Part shown: piece by piece, positions 27,395 through 37,815 of the stretch
How positions within the stretch are numbered: position 1 is the stretch's first letter
Layout: the number at the start of each line of letters is the position of its first letter
From: Fibrobacteria bacterium
GTDB taxonomy: Bacteria; Fibrobacterota; Fibrobacteria; UBA11236
Length of the DNA: 64,000 nt
Direction: 5' to 3'
Assembly (NCBI GenBank): GCA_050486505.1
Contig: JBJHDK010000002.1
Span: 1,292-65,291 of the forward strand
Notes under the pieces: model-generated
Seen by the model: only the letters and a program-made list of their open reading frames with translations
Database searches by the model: none
Told to the model about the DNA's origin: nothing
Program-made: the position numbers and the translations under genes

Positions 27395-28401
27395 GGGCCT
27401 CGAAGGCAAAGCCAGCCCCCTCGAAAATGCGTTCCTGGGTTTCAAACGCAGCGCGTATCGGTATCGGCATCTTCGTGGTGTGGGCGCTGGTACGCACCGG
27501 TGCGCTCAAGCCCGAGTTGCTCGGAGACGCAATCACGGGGCATCCGTTCCTGTATGCGACGGCCTTTTTCGTGTATCTCGTGCCGCTGCAAATCCTCGCC
27601 TGCGGACGCTGGTACTGGCTCCTGCGTTCGGCGAAAGTTTCCATCACCCTGAAGGAAACCGCTCGCCTGCATTTCACGGGTCTTTTTTTCAGCGGCTTTC
27701 TTCCCGGCGGCATGGGGGGAGATCTGGTGAAGGGATGGTACCTCGTGCGGGGACGCGACCGGATCGAAGGCGCGGCGGCGCTGGGGACGCTGGTGGTCGA
27801 TCGCATCATCGGCCTCTTCGGACTCATCGGTCTGGCGGCACTGACCACGCTGTTCAACGCCGGGGTATGGAAAGCTTCGCCCGTCCTGGCAACGCAGTCG
27901 ACCGTTATTCTCGCGGCTGCCGGCGGCATGCTGGCGATGACCTTCGCGTATCTCTCGCCTTGGAAGCCACGCTGGCTTCCGGAACCTGCACGCGAGGGTA
28001 ATGCCCGGGGATTCCTGATGGAACTCGCAGCGGCGCTCACGGCTTTCCGGAGCGCACCGCGCGTCTTCGTCGGAGGCATCCTCATTTCCATGATGGTACA
28101 CTTCTGCCTCGTCACGGTGTACGCCCTTTGCGGCGGCGCCCTCGAGGTCCCGCTCTCCTTCCGCTTGCATGCCTATGTCGCGCCCGTGCTGACCTTCGTG
28201 AACGGAATTCCCATTTCGCCTGGGGGCCTCGGCGTGGGCGAAGCGGCGGGCATGGTGCTCTACGATCTGGCCGGCGCGCCGCACTCCCAAGCGGAGATCC
28301 CCGCACTCGTGCGAACGATCGTGTTGATGACCGCGCTTCTCAGCGCGCCGGCATATCTCTTCATCAAGCAACAGAGGACGGGCCGTTCCGAAAACGCCTG
28401 A
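27391..28401 (+). CDS. UPF0104 / lysylphosphatidylglycerol-synthase-TM-region-like (flippase-like) membrane protein
   Basis: About 336 aa, 7-8 TM helices, family-typical GGxGxxEA-like block (PGGLGVGEAAGM); ATGA overlap with rnhB. Confidence 0.65.
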   Translation: MRASKAKPAPSKMRSWVSNAARIGIGIFVVWALVRTGALKPELLGDAITGHPFLYATAFFVYLVPLQILACGRWYWLLRSAKVSITLKETARLHFTGLFFSGFLPGGMGGDLVKGWYLVRGRDRIEGAAALGTLVVDRIIGLFGLIGLAALTTLFNAGVWKASPVLATQSTVILAAAGGMLAMTFAYLSPWKPRWLPEPAREGNARGFLMELAAALTAFRSAPRVFVGGILISMMVHFCLVTVYALCGGALEVPLSFRLHAYVAPVLTFVNGIPISPGGLGVGEAAGMVLYDLAGAPHSQAEIPALVRTIVLMTALLSAPAYLFIKQQRTGRSENA

Positions 28402-28491
28402 CGCCCCCGAGGAGGCTCCGACCTCCGCGGCCGCGGCCCTCATGAACTAACTTCCCCGGCAAGCACGCGACAGCGAACCCCCGGAGGCAGC

Positions 28492-28677
28492 ATGGATTTC
28501 ACCAAACCCCGTACATGGACCGTGGCAGAGATCGGCTGCCTGAAGTGGGCATCCATTCTCATCGGCGCTGTGATCGGCGCCTACATCCCCGATCTGGTCA
28601 AGCAATACGTTTGGGTCTTCGTGATCTCGGCGGCCATCCTTTCCATCAAGCCGATCTCGGGGTACTTCCGAAAGTGA
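28492..28677 (+). CDS. Small hydrophobic hypothetical protein (61 aa)
   Basis: Two predicted TM segments; weak support, no recognizable RBS check possible. Confidence 0.3.
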   Translation: MDFTKPRTWTVAEIGCLKWASILIGAVIGAYIPDLVKQYVWVFVISAAILSIKPISGYFRK

Positions 28678-28723
28678 ACCCGAAAACCCTGACGCTCCGA
28701 ACGCATTCCCCCACCCCCACCTC

Positions 28724-28772
28724 CCAACTCCCAACTCCCAACTCCCAACTCATAACTCGTAACTCGTAACTC
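28724..28772. repeat. Heptamer tandem repeat, half-element B: 4x CCAACTC, 1x ATAACTC, 2x GTAACTC
   Basis: Seven contiguous 7-nt units ending 3 nt before the ATG at 28776; same unit family as the inverted arms at 11555-11770 and 48691-48843; no inverted partner found nearby. Confidence 0.75.
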
Positions 28773-28775
28773 AAC

Positions 28776-29729
28776 ATGGGCACCTTCCAGCTCGCGGCCA
28801 CGGTTATCGCAGCCGTCATGCTGTTCCTGCACAGCCTGCAGTCCTTCTCGCGCGAAGTGCGCGTGCTGGGGCGCGACCGCCTACGCCTGTGGCTTGCGGC
28901 TGCGACGAAGAACCGCATTTACGGATTCACCCTCGGCGCGCTTTTCACGGCCCTGGTACAATCCTCGAGCGCAGTGTCGGCGCTGGCCATCGCCCTTGTC
29001 AACGGGGGCATGCTTTCCTTCACAGGTTCGCTTTCGGTGCTGCTGGGAGCGAAGGTCGGCACGACCATCACCGCGTGGCTGGTGAGCTTCAAGCTGACGG
29101 GGCTGGGTGCCTACGCCATCATCCTCGGCACCGTGATCTCGATGCTTCCCTACGGCATGCGGGTCATCGGCAAAAGCGTCTTTTACTTCGGGCTCATTTT
29201 CCTTTCGCTTGATTTGATTTCCACGGCACTGAGGCCCCTCCAGGACGATCCATGGCTGATCGACATCCTCTCCCTGGCCGCGACGCCATGGATCGGCGTG
29301 ATCGTGGGCGCGCTCGCCACGGCTCTGTTGCAGTCCTCGAGCGTGACGGCGGGTCTCGCCGTGCTGCTGGTGCTGCAGGGAGTTCTCGACCCGACGGGCG
29401 GCGTGGCCATCGTGATCGGGGCGAATGTCGGAACGACCGCGACAGCGCTCATCGCAAGCATCCCGATGGACCGCCCGGCCAAGCGGGCGGCGCTCGCGTA
29501 TCTCTTGTTCAACGGCACAGGCGCGCTCCTCTTCCTTCCCTTCATCCAGCCCTTCGCGACATTCACGCTCGGGCTGGTCGACACGCCCGCGGTGGGCGTG
29601 GCCTTGGCGCAGTTGTTGTTCAACCTGAGCACGGCCATTCTGTTCCTGCCCTTGCTCGGTCCGATCGGCCGATGGCTCGACCCCAGCGCCGGCCCGGATC
29701 TGCTGGCCGACATGCCCAGGCCCAAATAG
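28776..29729 (+). CDS. Na+/phosphate (Na/Pi) cotransporter family protein
   Basis: Duplicated QSSSA(V/T) Na/Pi-cotransporter signature; multi-TM. True start may be the internal Met at about 28818, since the repeat occupies the RBS position. Confidence 0.75.
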   Translation: MGTFQLAATVIAAVMLFLHSLQSFSREVRVLGRDRLRLWLAAATKNRIYGFTLGALFTALVQSSSAVSALAIALVNGGMLSFTGSLSVLLGAKVGTTITAWLVSFKLTGLGAYAIILGTVISMLPYGMRVIGKSVFYFGLIFLSLDLISTALRPLQDDPWLIDILSLAATPWIGVIVGALATALLQSSSVTAGLAVLLVLQGVLDPTGGVAIVIGANVGTTATALIASIPMDRPAKRAALAYLLFNGTGALLFLPFIQPFATFTLGLVDTPAVGVALAQLLFNLSTAILFLPLLGPIGRWLDPSAGPDLLADMPRPK

Positions 29730-29783
29730 TTAGATGTATCATGTTCTTGTGAACACGTGTGAATCCTCACAAAGGAGGTTAAC

Positions 29784-30371
29784 ATGGGATTTCGTATCCC
29801 CCCGGCCGCAATGATCCTGATTGCGGCTTTCCTGACGGTCACCAGCACTCCGGTTTTCGGCGAGACCGGAGAGGGGGGCAAGTATTCCATCGGTTTCGGT
29901 GCCGGCCTCACGGGAGGGTTCGGGCTTTCCTTCAAATACTGGATCGACGAAAAGAGCGCGCTCCAAATCAACTTTCTTCCGTTGTATTTCGAGGAAAAGT
30001 ACCCCGAGGACGGAGACTACTACTTCGACCCGAGAATCAGCGGATACTCAAACGAAGGAATGATCAGCCTGGGCGCACTTTACAAGCACGAGCTCGGAAG
30101 CGCGCAAAGCATGGGCCTGTCGGTTTTCACATATGGCGGCGGCAACTGGCTGGGAATCTTCAACAACAAGGACTACCGAACCGAAACGCGGATTGTGAAG
30201 AGCAACGAAACGCGGCACATTTCCTCTGCAGGCGGGGGGTTCGGAGGAACCCTGACCATCTGGCGCATAGAACTTTCCGGCATGCTGGGGTTTTTCGGGT
30301 CATACGACGCTTTTTCCGGTACGAAGAGCCTTTTGCCTTCCATCGATGCCGCTGCGCACTTTCGCCTTTGA
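29784..30371 (+). CDS. Outer-membrane beta-barrel protein (small porin/OmpW-like family)
   Basis: Signal peptide; alternating-hydrophobic beta-strand pattern; C-terminal aromatic (…AAHFRL). Confidence 0.5.
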   Translation: MGFRIPPAAMILIAAFLTVTSTPVFGETGEGGKYSIGFGAGLTGGFGLSFKYWIDEKSALQINFLPLYFEEKYPEDGDYYFDPRISGYSNEGMISLGALYKHELGSAQSMGLSVFTYGGGNWLGIFNNKDYRTETRIVKSNETRHISSAGGGFGGTLTIWRIELSGMLGFFGSYDAFSGTKSLLPSIDAAAHFRL

Positions 30372-30512
30372 CGCGAAGAACGCATCCCGGTCCGACTTTT
30401 CGCTTGCTTCGACGGAGTCCCTTCGTATACTGAAGTGTAGGGGCCCGTCCGTGGCGATGGCAGGATCCGGTGTCGCGGACGAGCCCTCCTTTACCCCGCA
30501 AAGGAGGATGTC

Positions 30513-30815
30513 ATGAGCGACGCAAAAGAAGACAAAGAACTCTACCGCCAAAAGCGACAGGCGCAGCTTGACGAATGGAAAGCCGAACTTGATCGCCTGA
30601 AGGCCAAGGCCATGGGTGCCAAGGCCGATGCGCAAATCGCCATCAACAAGCAGATCGAAGCCCTCGAGCCGAAACTCAAGGACGCCCGCGCCAAGCTTTC
30701 CGAATTGTCCTCGGCGAGCGGCGAAGCGTGGCATTCCCTGAAGCACGGGGTCGAATCCGCGTGGGATTCGATCAAGTCATCCGTGTCGGAGGCTTCGGAC
30801 AAGTTCCGGAAGTGA
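30513..30815 (+). CDS. Hypothetical coiled-coil protein (100 aa)
   Basis: Heptad-rich Lys/Glu/Ala composition; RBS AAGGAGGA upstream. Confidence 0.5.
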   Translation: MSDAKEDKELYRQKRQAQLDEWKAELDRLKAKAMGAKADAQIAINKQIEALEPKLKDARAKLSELSSASGEAWHSLKHGVESAWDSIKSSVSEASDKFRK

Positions 30816-30866
30816 CGCTCGGAAAAGCACGTCGCGCGGGAGGTTCCTGCTAACTTTCCGCGCGAC

Positions 30867-32381
30867 GTGACCACGGAGCCACCCCCGAACACAGAACTGC
30901 AGACGCAGGACACCCCCCGTCCCTCCCCCGAGGCCGAGACGCGTCTCCTGCGTCGCAAGATCCGACGCACCATCGCCGCCGCGGCCATCGGGGCGCACCT
31001 ACTCGGCATTCTATCGTCGTTCGACGCCGTCATGTCGACGCGCACCTCGCAAGGCGCGGTGGCTTGGGTCATCTCGCTCAACACCTTCCCCTGGCTCGCC
31101 GTGCCCGCCTACTGGGTATTCGGGCGCACCAAGTTCCAGGGATACGTGATCGGCCGGCAAGCCGACGACTCGGTGCTGCATGCGGCCGTCTCCGAAAAGC
31201 TCGACCGCTTGCGCGAGCACGCCGCGACATTCCCGCCCGAGGCACGCCACCTCAAGGTGATCGAGCGCCTGGCGAAAATGCCGATGGTCGGAGGCAATCG
31301 CGCCGAACTTCTGATCGACGGCGACGCGACCTTCTCGAGCATGTACGCCGGCATCGAGGCGGCGGAGCGCTACGTGCTGATGCAGTTCTACATCGTGCGC
31401 AACGACTCGGTGGGAAACGCTTTCCAGCGGCTGTTGATGCGCAAGGCCCGCGAGGGCGTGAAGGTGTACTTCCTGTACGACGAAATCGGCAGCCACCGCT
31501 TGCCGGGTTCGTGGCTGCGCGAGATGGCCGCGTCGGGCGTGGAGGTGCGGCGCTTCCATTCGACACAGGGACGGGGAAACCGCTTCCAGCTGAATTTCCG
31601 CAACCACCGCAAAATCCTCGTGACCGACGGAACGAAGGGTTGGGTGGGGGGACTCAACCTGGGCGACGAGTATTTGGGGCGCGATCCTCGCATCGGTCCA
31701 TGGCGCGACACGCACCTGAAGCTGGAGGGCCCCGCCGCGCTTTCGCTTCAATTGTCTTTCGCCGAGGATTGGCACTGGGCGGCGGGGGCGCTTCCCGAGC
31801 TCGACTGGGATCCCGTTCCGGCCGAGGAGCCCGGCCTGCCGGTGCTCGTGCTTCCCTCGGGTCCCGCCGACCGTTTCGAAACCGCGAGCCTGATGGCTCA
31901 GAACGCCATTCATTCGGCGCAGCACCGGCTGTGGATCTCGAGCCCGTACTTCGTGCCCGACGAAGGGGTCATCGCCGCGCTCAAACTGGCGGCCTTCCGA
32001 GGCGTCGACGTGCGCGTGCTCATCCCCGAGCGTCCCGACAACATCCTGACCTATTTCGCGGCCTATGCCTTCCTCGGCCCGCTGCTCGAGGCCGGGGTCG
32101 CGGTCCACCGATATGAGGACGGATTCCTGCACGCGAAAACGATGCTGATCGACGACGATCGCTCCGCCGTGGGAACGGTGAATTTCGACAATCGCTCCTT
32201 CCGCCTCAACTTCGAGATCACGGCCTGGGTCGTGGACGAGGGCTTCGCCACGGGAATGGAAGCGATGTTCAGCGACGACTTTTCCCGGGCCCGGCAGATG
32301 GTGCCCGAGGATGTTTTCGGGCGTCCCCTGTGGTTCCGGGCACTTTCCCGGGCGGCGCACCTGACCGCCCCGTTGTTGTAA
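30867..32381 (+). CDS. cls: Cardiolipin synthase (phospholipase D family, two HKD motifs)
   Basis: Two N-terminal TM helices; HRKILVTDG and HAKTMLIDD HKD motifs. The track start is a GTG that sits inside a 12-bp hairpin stem, so the exact start is uncertain. Confidence 0.8.
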   Translation: MTTEPPPNTELQTQDTPRPSPEAETRLLRRKIRRTIAAAAIGAHLLGILSSFDAVMSTRTSQGAVAWVISLNTFPWLAVPAYWVFGRTKFQGYVIGRQADDSVLHAAVSEKLDRLREHAATFPPEARHLKVIERLAKMPMVGGNRAELLIDGDATFSSMYAGIEAAERYVLMQFYIVRNDSVGNAFQRLLMRKAREGVKVYFLYDEIGSHRLPGSWLREMAASGVEVRRFHSTQGRGNRFQLNFRNHRKILVTDGTKGWVGGLNLGDEYLGRDPRIGPWRDTHLKLEGPAALSLQLSFAEDWHWAAGALPELDWDPVPAEEPGLPVLVLPSGPADRFETASLMAQNAIHSAQHRLWISSPYFVPDEGVIAALKLAAFRGVDVRVLIPERPDNILTYFAAYAFLGPLLEAGVAVHRYEDGFLHAKTMLIDDDRSAVGTVNFDNRSFRLNFEITAWVVDEGFATGMEAMFSDDFSRARQMVPEDVFGRPLWFRALSRAAHLTAPLL

Positions 32382-32417
32382 GCCGCGGACATTGACCGCT
32401 CGGGCGGGAATCCATAG

Positions 32418-33758
<1,341 letters not shown>

Positions 33759-33863
33759 GCGGCCTCCGGAACAGCACCGCGCTTCGGGATTTTCCCCGGA
33801 GCGCGGGCGTCTTTCTTGGTATACTGATACAGCGTTTTCACCTCTATTTTTCAGGAGTTTTTC

Positions 33864-34196
33864 ATGCACGTCCAGGTCAACACAGACAACCAGATCGAAG
33901 GCCATGAGCGGATGATCCAGTACACGCAGAAATTGGTGGGGGGCGCGCTGGAGCGATTCGGTGATTGGGTGACCCGTGTCGAGGTGCACCTGACCGACGA
34001 GAACAGTGCCGCCAAGGATGTCGGGAACGACAAGCGCTGCGTGATGGAAGCCCGCATCGCCGGTCGCCAGCCTTCCGCGGTCACACATTTCGCCCCCTCC
34101 ATCGACGAAGCCTTGAACGGGGCGCTCGTGAAACTCGAGAAAGTCCTCAACAACATGCAGGAGAAGGATCAGGACGCGCGCCATCGCGTGAAATAA
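33864..34196 (+). CDS. hpf: Ribosome hibernation promoting factor / RaiA family
   Basis: About 110 aa; alignment pattern consistent with the YfiA/HPF fold; terminator immediately downstream. Confidence 0.65.
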   Translation: MHVQVNTDNQIEGHERMIQYTQKLVGGALERFGDWVTRVEVHLTDENSAAKDVGNDKRCVMEARIAGRQPSAVTHFAPSIDEALNGALVKLEKVLNNMQEKDQDARHRVK

Positions 34197-34247
34197 GGCG
34201 CCCAGCCCGGCGCTTTCGCCGAAATTGATTTTGAGAGCTATCCTATT

Positions 34248-34285
34248 GGGCCCCGATTCCGCTTACGGGATCGGGGCCTTTTTCA
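34248..34285 (+). terminator. Rho-independent terminator
   Basis: GGGCCCCGATTCC gcttac GGGATCGGGGCC followed by TTTTTC. Confidence 0.8.
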
Positions 34286-34301
34286 TCACACGGAGTTTCC
34301 C

Positions 34302-34409
34302 ATGAGCAAAAGTCAGGATAGCCAGAAGAGCACCAAGAAGGCGCCCGCCAAGTCGATGAAGGAAAAGAAGGCGGACAAGAAGCTGAAGAAAGCAAGCAAG
34401 AAGTACTAG
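34302..34409 (+). CDS. Small lysine-rich protein (35 aa; MSKSQDSQKSTKKAPAKSMKEKKADKKLKKASKKY), absent from the ORF track
   Basis: ATG preceded by GGAG 8 nt upstream and placed right after a terminator; strongly basic composition; short, so low confidence. Confidence 0.35.
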   Translation: MSKSQDSQKSTKKAPAKSMKEKKADKKLKKASKKY

Positions 34410-34518
34410 CAGCCGACATAACGGGATTACGATGGGGGGACTCCGGGAGTCCTCCCTTTTCTTTGGGGGAAGCGGGTCCCTTGCCGGGTACGGGGCCGTG
34501 TACGCACATTCCGGAGTG

Positions 34519-35121
34519 ATGCGCAAACCTCCTACGTTGCTCACCGCGATCTCACTCGCATTCCTCGCGTTTTCCCTGTCGGGCTGCGCATGGCGGGTCA
34601 TGGCTCCGCCGCCGCCCACCGATCCCGTCACCGTCCATCTCACGGCATACGCCCTGCATTCGCGCGTCGCCGTGCCCGATGAAGAAGGCACGGGCCGCAT
34701 GATCGAATACGGTTTCGGCGACTGGGACTATTACGCCCTGCAACGTACGGGCGCGTGGCGCGGGTTCCGCGCGCTGTTCTTTTCGCGCGCCTCGGCCTTT
34801 TCGCGCAGGGAACTTCCCGCGCGTGACGATCCCGAAGCGTTCCGTGTACTAGCGGGGGGAAAGCGTACGCTGTCGGTGGAGGTCGAGCGGGAACGCGCGG
34901 ACGCGTTGCGCGAGGAACTGGAGGCGCGCTGGCACGCGCTGGACTCCGCCGGTGCGGATTTCGCGATCCGCGCGGGCAGCGGGGTGGAATTGCGCAGGAC
35001 GGAGGAGCGGTATCACCTGTTCCGCAATTCGAACCACCGCAGCGCGACGTGGATGCGCGAGTTGGGCTGCGAGGTGCGCGGGACCGCGATCACGAACCGG
35101 TTCAGGGAAGCGGTGAGGTGA
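34519..35121 (+). CDS. Hypothetical lipoprotein
   Basis: Lipobox FSLSGC after the internal Met MRKPPTLL. Confidence 0.5.
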   Translation: MRKPPTLLTAISLAFLAFSLSGCAWRVMAPPPPTDPVTVHLTAYALHSRVAVPDEEGTGRMIEYGFGDWDYYALQRTGAWRGFRALFFSRASAFSRRELPARDDPEAFRVLAGGKRTLSVEVERERADALREELEARWHALDSAGADFAIRAGSGVELRRTEERYHLFRNSNHRSATWMRELGCEVRGTAITNRFREAVR

Positions 35122-35165
35122 TGATGCTTACGCAAAGGTGACGTCAGCCCGTTCGGAATCTGGGA

Positions 35166-35597
35166 TCACTCACAACCTTCCGGATCAAGGCGCTGCAAGT
35201 CCAAATCGTAGCGTGAAATTCCGTCGCGGTCAGGATCGACCGGGTAAACGTTCATGATGCCCTTGACACTCGATGACGTCACCTCGGAAAACCTGAACGA
35301 GGCGGTCCTGAAGCCGCACATGTCCTGAAAACACCGGGTGATGCCATCCTTGATGATCACATCCTGAACGACGGAATCCATGGTCATGGTTGCCGGACGG
35401 ACACTGTACTGGTATGCTGATCCGGCTTCAACTGTATCGCTGCTAAAGCGCATGACCAAGTCAGGAGGCTCCTTTGCGGAGCATTCCTCGAAGATGATTC
35501 CGGAATGCGGTGTGGGTCGGTGACACTCATCGCAGACGGGATCCGGGAGGCAGCCTGCAATGATGATCGCCGCGAAAAGCAGAAGCAACTTTGGCAT
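35166..35597 (-). CDS. Hypothetical Cys-rich lipoprotein
   Basis: MPKLLLLFAAIIIAGC lipobox; several CxxC pairs. Confidence 0.5.
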   Translation of the reverse strand: MPKLLLLFAAIIIAGCLPDPVCDECHRPTPHSGIIFEECSAKEPPDLVMRFSSDTVEAGSAYQYSVRPATMTMDSVVQDVIIKDGITRCFQDMCGFRTASFRFSEVTSSSVKGIMNVYPVDPDRDGISRYDLDLQRLDPEGCE

Positions 35598-35681
35598 CCC
35601 GTCAACCTCCCGGCCACCTACACGCAGCGCATGACTCACTATTCACTCTTTCCCGCCACCCTTTTAAGGAAGCGGAGAACA

Positions 35682-37130
35682 TCAAACCCGCAACTCCTCG
35701 CCCTTCAAATCCTTCCAGTCGTTCCACCGCGCCAGTGCGGGCGCGACGTGGTCCTTCAGGAACTCCTCCGTCTGCTCCTTCGATCGGCCCGTGTACTTCG
35801 ACGGGTCGAGCATTTGCGTCAGCTTCTCCACCGTGGTGTCGAAGGACTTGTCGGCCGCGATGCGTTCGAGCAGATCGTTGGCGTTGCCGTGCTCCTTCAC
35901 CTGCCGCGCCGCCTCCACCGAATGCACGCGGATCTGCTCATGCAGCTCCTGCCGGTTGCCGCCGCGCTTCACCGCGTCCATCATGATGTTCTCGGTGAGC
36001 ATGAAGGGAAGCTCCTCGCGCAGGCGCCGCTCGATCACCTTGGGATACACCACCAGGTTCGACGACACGTTCTCCGCGATGATCAGCATCGCGTCGGCGG
36101 CCAGGAACGCCTGCGCCACCGAAAGGCGCTTGTTGGCCGAGTCGTCGAGCGTGCGTTCGAACCACTGCGTCGAGGACGTGAACGCCACCGAGGCATGCAG
36201 CGACTGCACGTAGCGCGCCAGCGACCCGATGCGCTCGCTGCGCATGGGGTTGCGCTTGTAGGCCATCGCCGAGGAGCCGATCTGGTTCTTCTCGAACGGT
36301 TCCTCGACCTCTTTGAGATTCTGCAACAGGCGCAAGTCGGTGGAATACTTCGACAGCGACTGCGCGAGGCTCGAGAGCGCCGCGAGCACGCGCGCGTCGA
36401 GCTTGCGCGTGTAGGTCTGGCCCGAGACGGGGAGGCTACGCGTGAACCCTGCGCGGCGCGTGACTTCGTCGTCGAGCTTCTTCACCTTCGCGTGGTCGCC
36501 CTCGAACAACTCGAAGAAGCTCGCCTGCGTGCCGGTGGTTCCCTTCACGCCGAGGAACGGCAGGCTTTCGGCCACCTGCACAACCTCTTCCAGGTCGAGC
36601 AACAATTCCTGGATCCACAGCGTGGCGCGTTTACCCACCGTCACCGGCTGCGCCGGCTGGAAATGCGTGAAGCCCAGCGCGGGCTGCGCCTTCCATGTGT
36701 CCGCGAAGGACGCCAGGGAGTTGATCGTCCGCAACAGGCGGCGGCGAAGAAGGTGCAGGCCTTCCTTCATCTGGATCAGATCGGTGTTGTCGGCCACGTA
36801 GGCCGAGGTCGCGCCGAGGTGGATGATGCCGGCGGCCTTGGGGCATTGCTTCCCGTAGGCGTGCACGTGCGCCATCACGTCGTGGCGGACACGTTTTTCC
36901 TGCGCCTCGGCCTCCGCGAAATCGATGTCCGTCGCGTGCGCCTTCAACTCCGCGATCTGTTCATCCGTGATCGGGAGGCCCAGTTCCTGCTCGGCTTCGG
37001 CGAGGTGGATCCACAGCGTGCGCCAGGTCTGGTGCTTGAATTGGGGAGAAAAAAGAAAGCTCATCTCCCGCGAAGCATAGCGGCGGATGAGGGGGTTATC
37101 GTACTGGGCGTAGGCGTTTTCGGTGCTCAT
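35682..37130 (-). CDS. purB: Adenylosuccinate lyase
   Basis: Full-length fumarate-lyase-family protein with GSSAMAYKRNP signature; start at internal Met MSTEN. Confidence 0.95.
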   Translation of the reverse strand: MSTENAYAQYDNPLIRRYASREMSFLFSPQFKHQTWRTLWIHLAEAEQELGLPITDEQIAELKAHATDIDFAEAEAQEKRVRHDVMAHVHAYGKQCPKAAGIIHLGATSAYVADNTDLIQMKEGLHLLRRRLLRTINSLASFADTWKAQPALGFTHFQPAQPVTVGKRATLWIQELLLDLEEVVQVAESLPFLGVKGTTGTQASFFELFEGDHAKVKKLDDEVTRRAGFTRSLPVSGQTYTRKLDARVLAALSSLAQSLSKYSTDLRLLQNLKEVEEPFEKNQIGSSAMAYKRNPMRSERIGSLARYVQSLHASVAFTSSTQWFERTLDDSANKRLSVAQAFLAADAMLIIAENVSSNLVVYPKVIERRLREELPFMLTENIMMDAVKRGGNRQELHEQIRVHSVEAARQVKEHGNANDLLERIAADKSFDTTVEKLTQMLDPSKYTGRSKEQTEEFLKDHVAPALARWNDWKDLKGEELRV

Positions 37131-37184
37131 GGGGGGCAAAGGTACCCTCCGGGCGGCCCGGGGCAAAGCCTCGGGGCGGCGGGG

Positions 37185-37526
37185 TCATTTCTTCGCGGAT
37201 TTCGCCTTCGGCTTTGTCACGGATTTCGCGGCGGCCGCGGAATACGGGGGCGTGGCCTCCGCCACCTTCTCCGCCAGCATGTGCTTCATCAGGGACTGGT
37301 AGGGCATGTCCTTTTGGTTCGCCATCATCTTGATACGGTCCAGCATGCCCTTGGGAAGACGGATCGAAATCGTCTCCGTGGAGGGCTTGAGATTGGGCAT
37401 CGCAGGATTCAGGATTGCCTTGGTAAAGTCGAAGAAATCGGTCGCATCGTGCGTCGCCCAAAACTCATGTTCCTCATCTTCCGACTTGAATTTCGGGATT
37501 TCCTTCACCTTAGTCGACTTGCGCAT
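37185..37526 (-). CDS. brnA: BrnA antitoxin (type II TA)
   Basis: N-terminal ...EHEFWATHDATDFFD block typical of BrnA; Lys-rich C-terminus; overlaps the brnT 3' end. Confidence 0.75.
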   Translation of the reverse strand: MRKSTKVKEIPKFKSEDEEHEFWATHDATDFFDFTKAILNPAMPNLKPSTETISIRLPKGMLDRIKMMANQKDMPYQSLMKHMLAEKVAEATPPYSAAAAKSVTKPKAKSAKK

Positions 37527-37815
37527 AACGCTCCCTCTCTTTCTTCGACATTGCCCGGGCCGACACAACGCGGATCCGTTTTTCACGAAAGACAAAAACA
37601 ATCGTCAACATTCTGTCCGCACGGGAACGCCCCAAGCATGTATAGCGCATTTCCCTCTCCGGGTATTTGGCCACATCAAACAGAACGGGTCGGTTAAAGA
37701 ACACCTCCTCGGCTTCCACCTTGGACACTTTGTGCTTTTCCCAGTTCTTGGCCGCATTCCAATGATCCCATTCGAACCCTTCGATTTTTGCGAGCTTTTG
37801 GGCCAAGGTTTCCAT
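37510..37815 (-). CDS. brnT: BrnT toxin (DUF497 ribonuclease toxin)
   Basis: About 100 aa; FEWDxxKxxxNxxKHG-like block (FEWDHWNAAKNWEKHKVS); low-GC locus. Confidence 0.75.
   Translation of the reverse strand: METLAQKLAKIEGFEWDHWNAAKNWEKHKVSKVEAEEVFFNRPVLFDVAKYPEREMRYTCLGRSRADRMLTIVFVFREKRIRVVSARAMSKKERERYAQVD

Noticed and set aside
35505-37697. 730-aa + strand ORF
   Set aside because: Antisense to purB and the BrnTA pair; Arg/Leu/Gly-rich nonsense.
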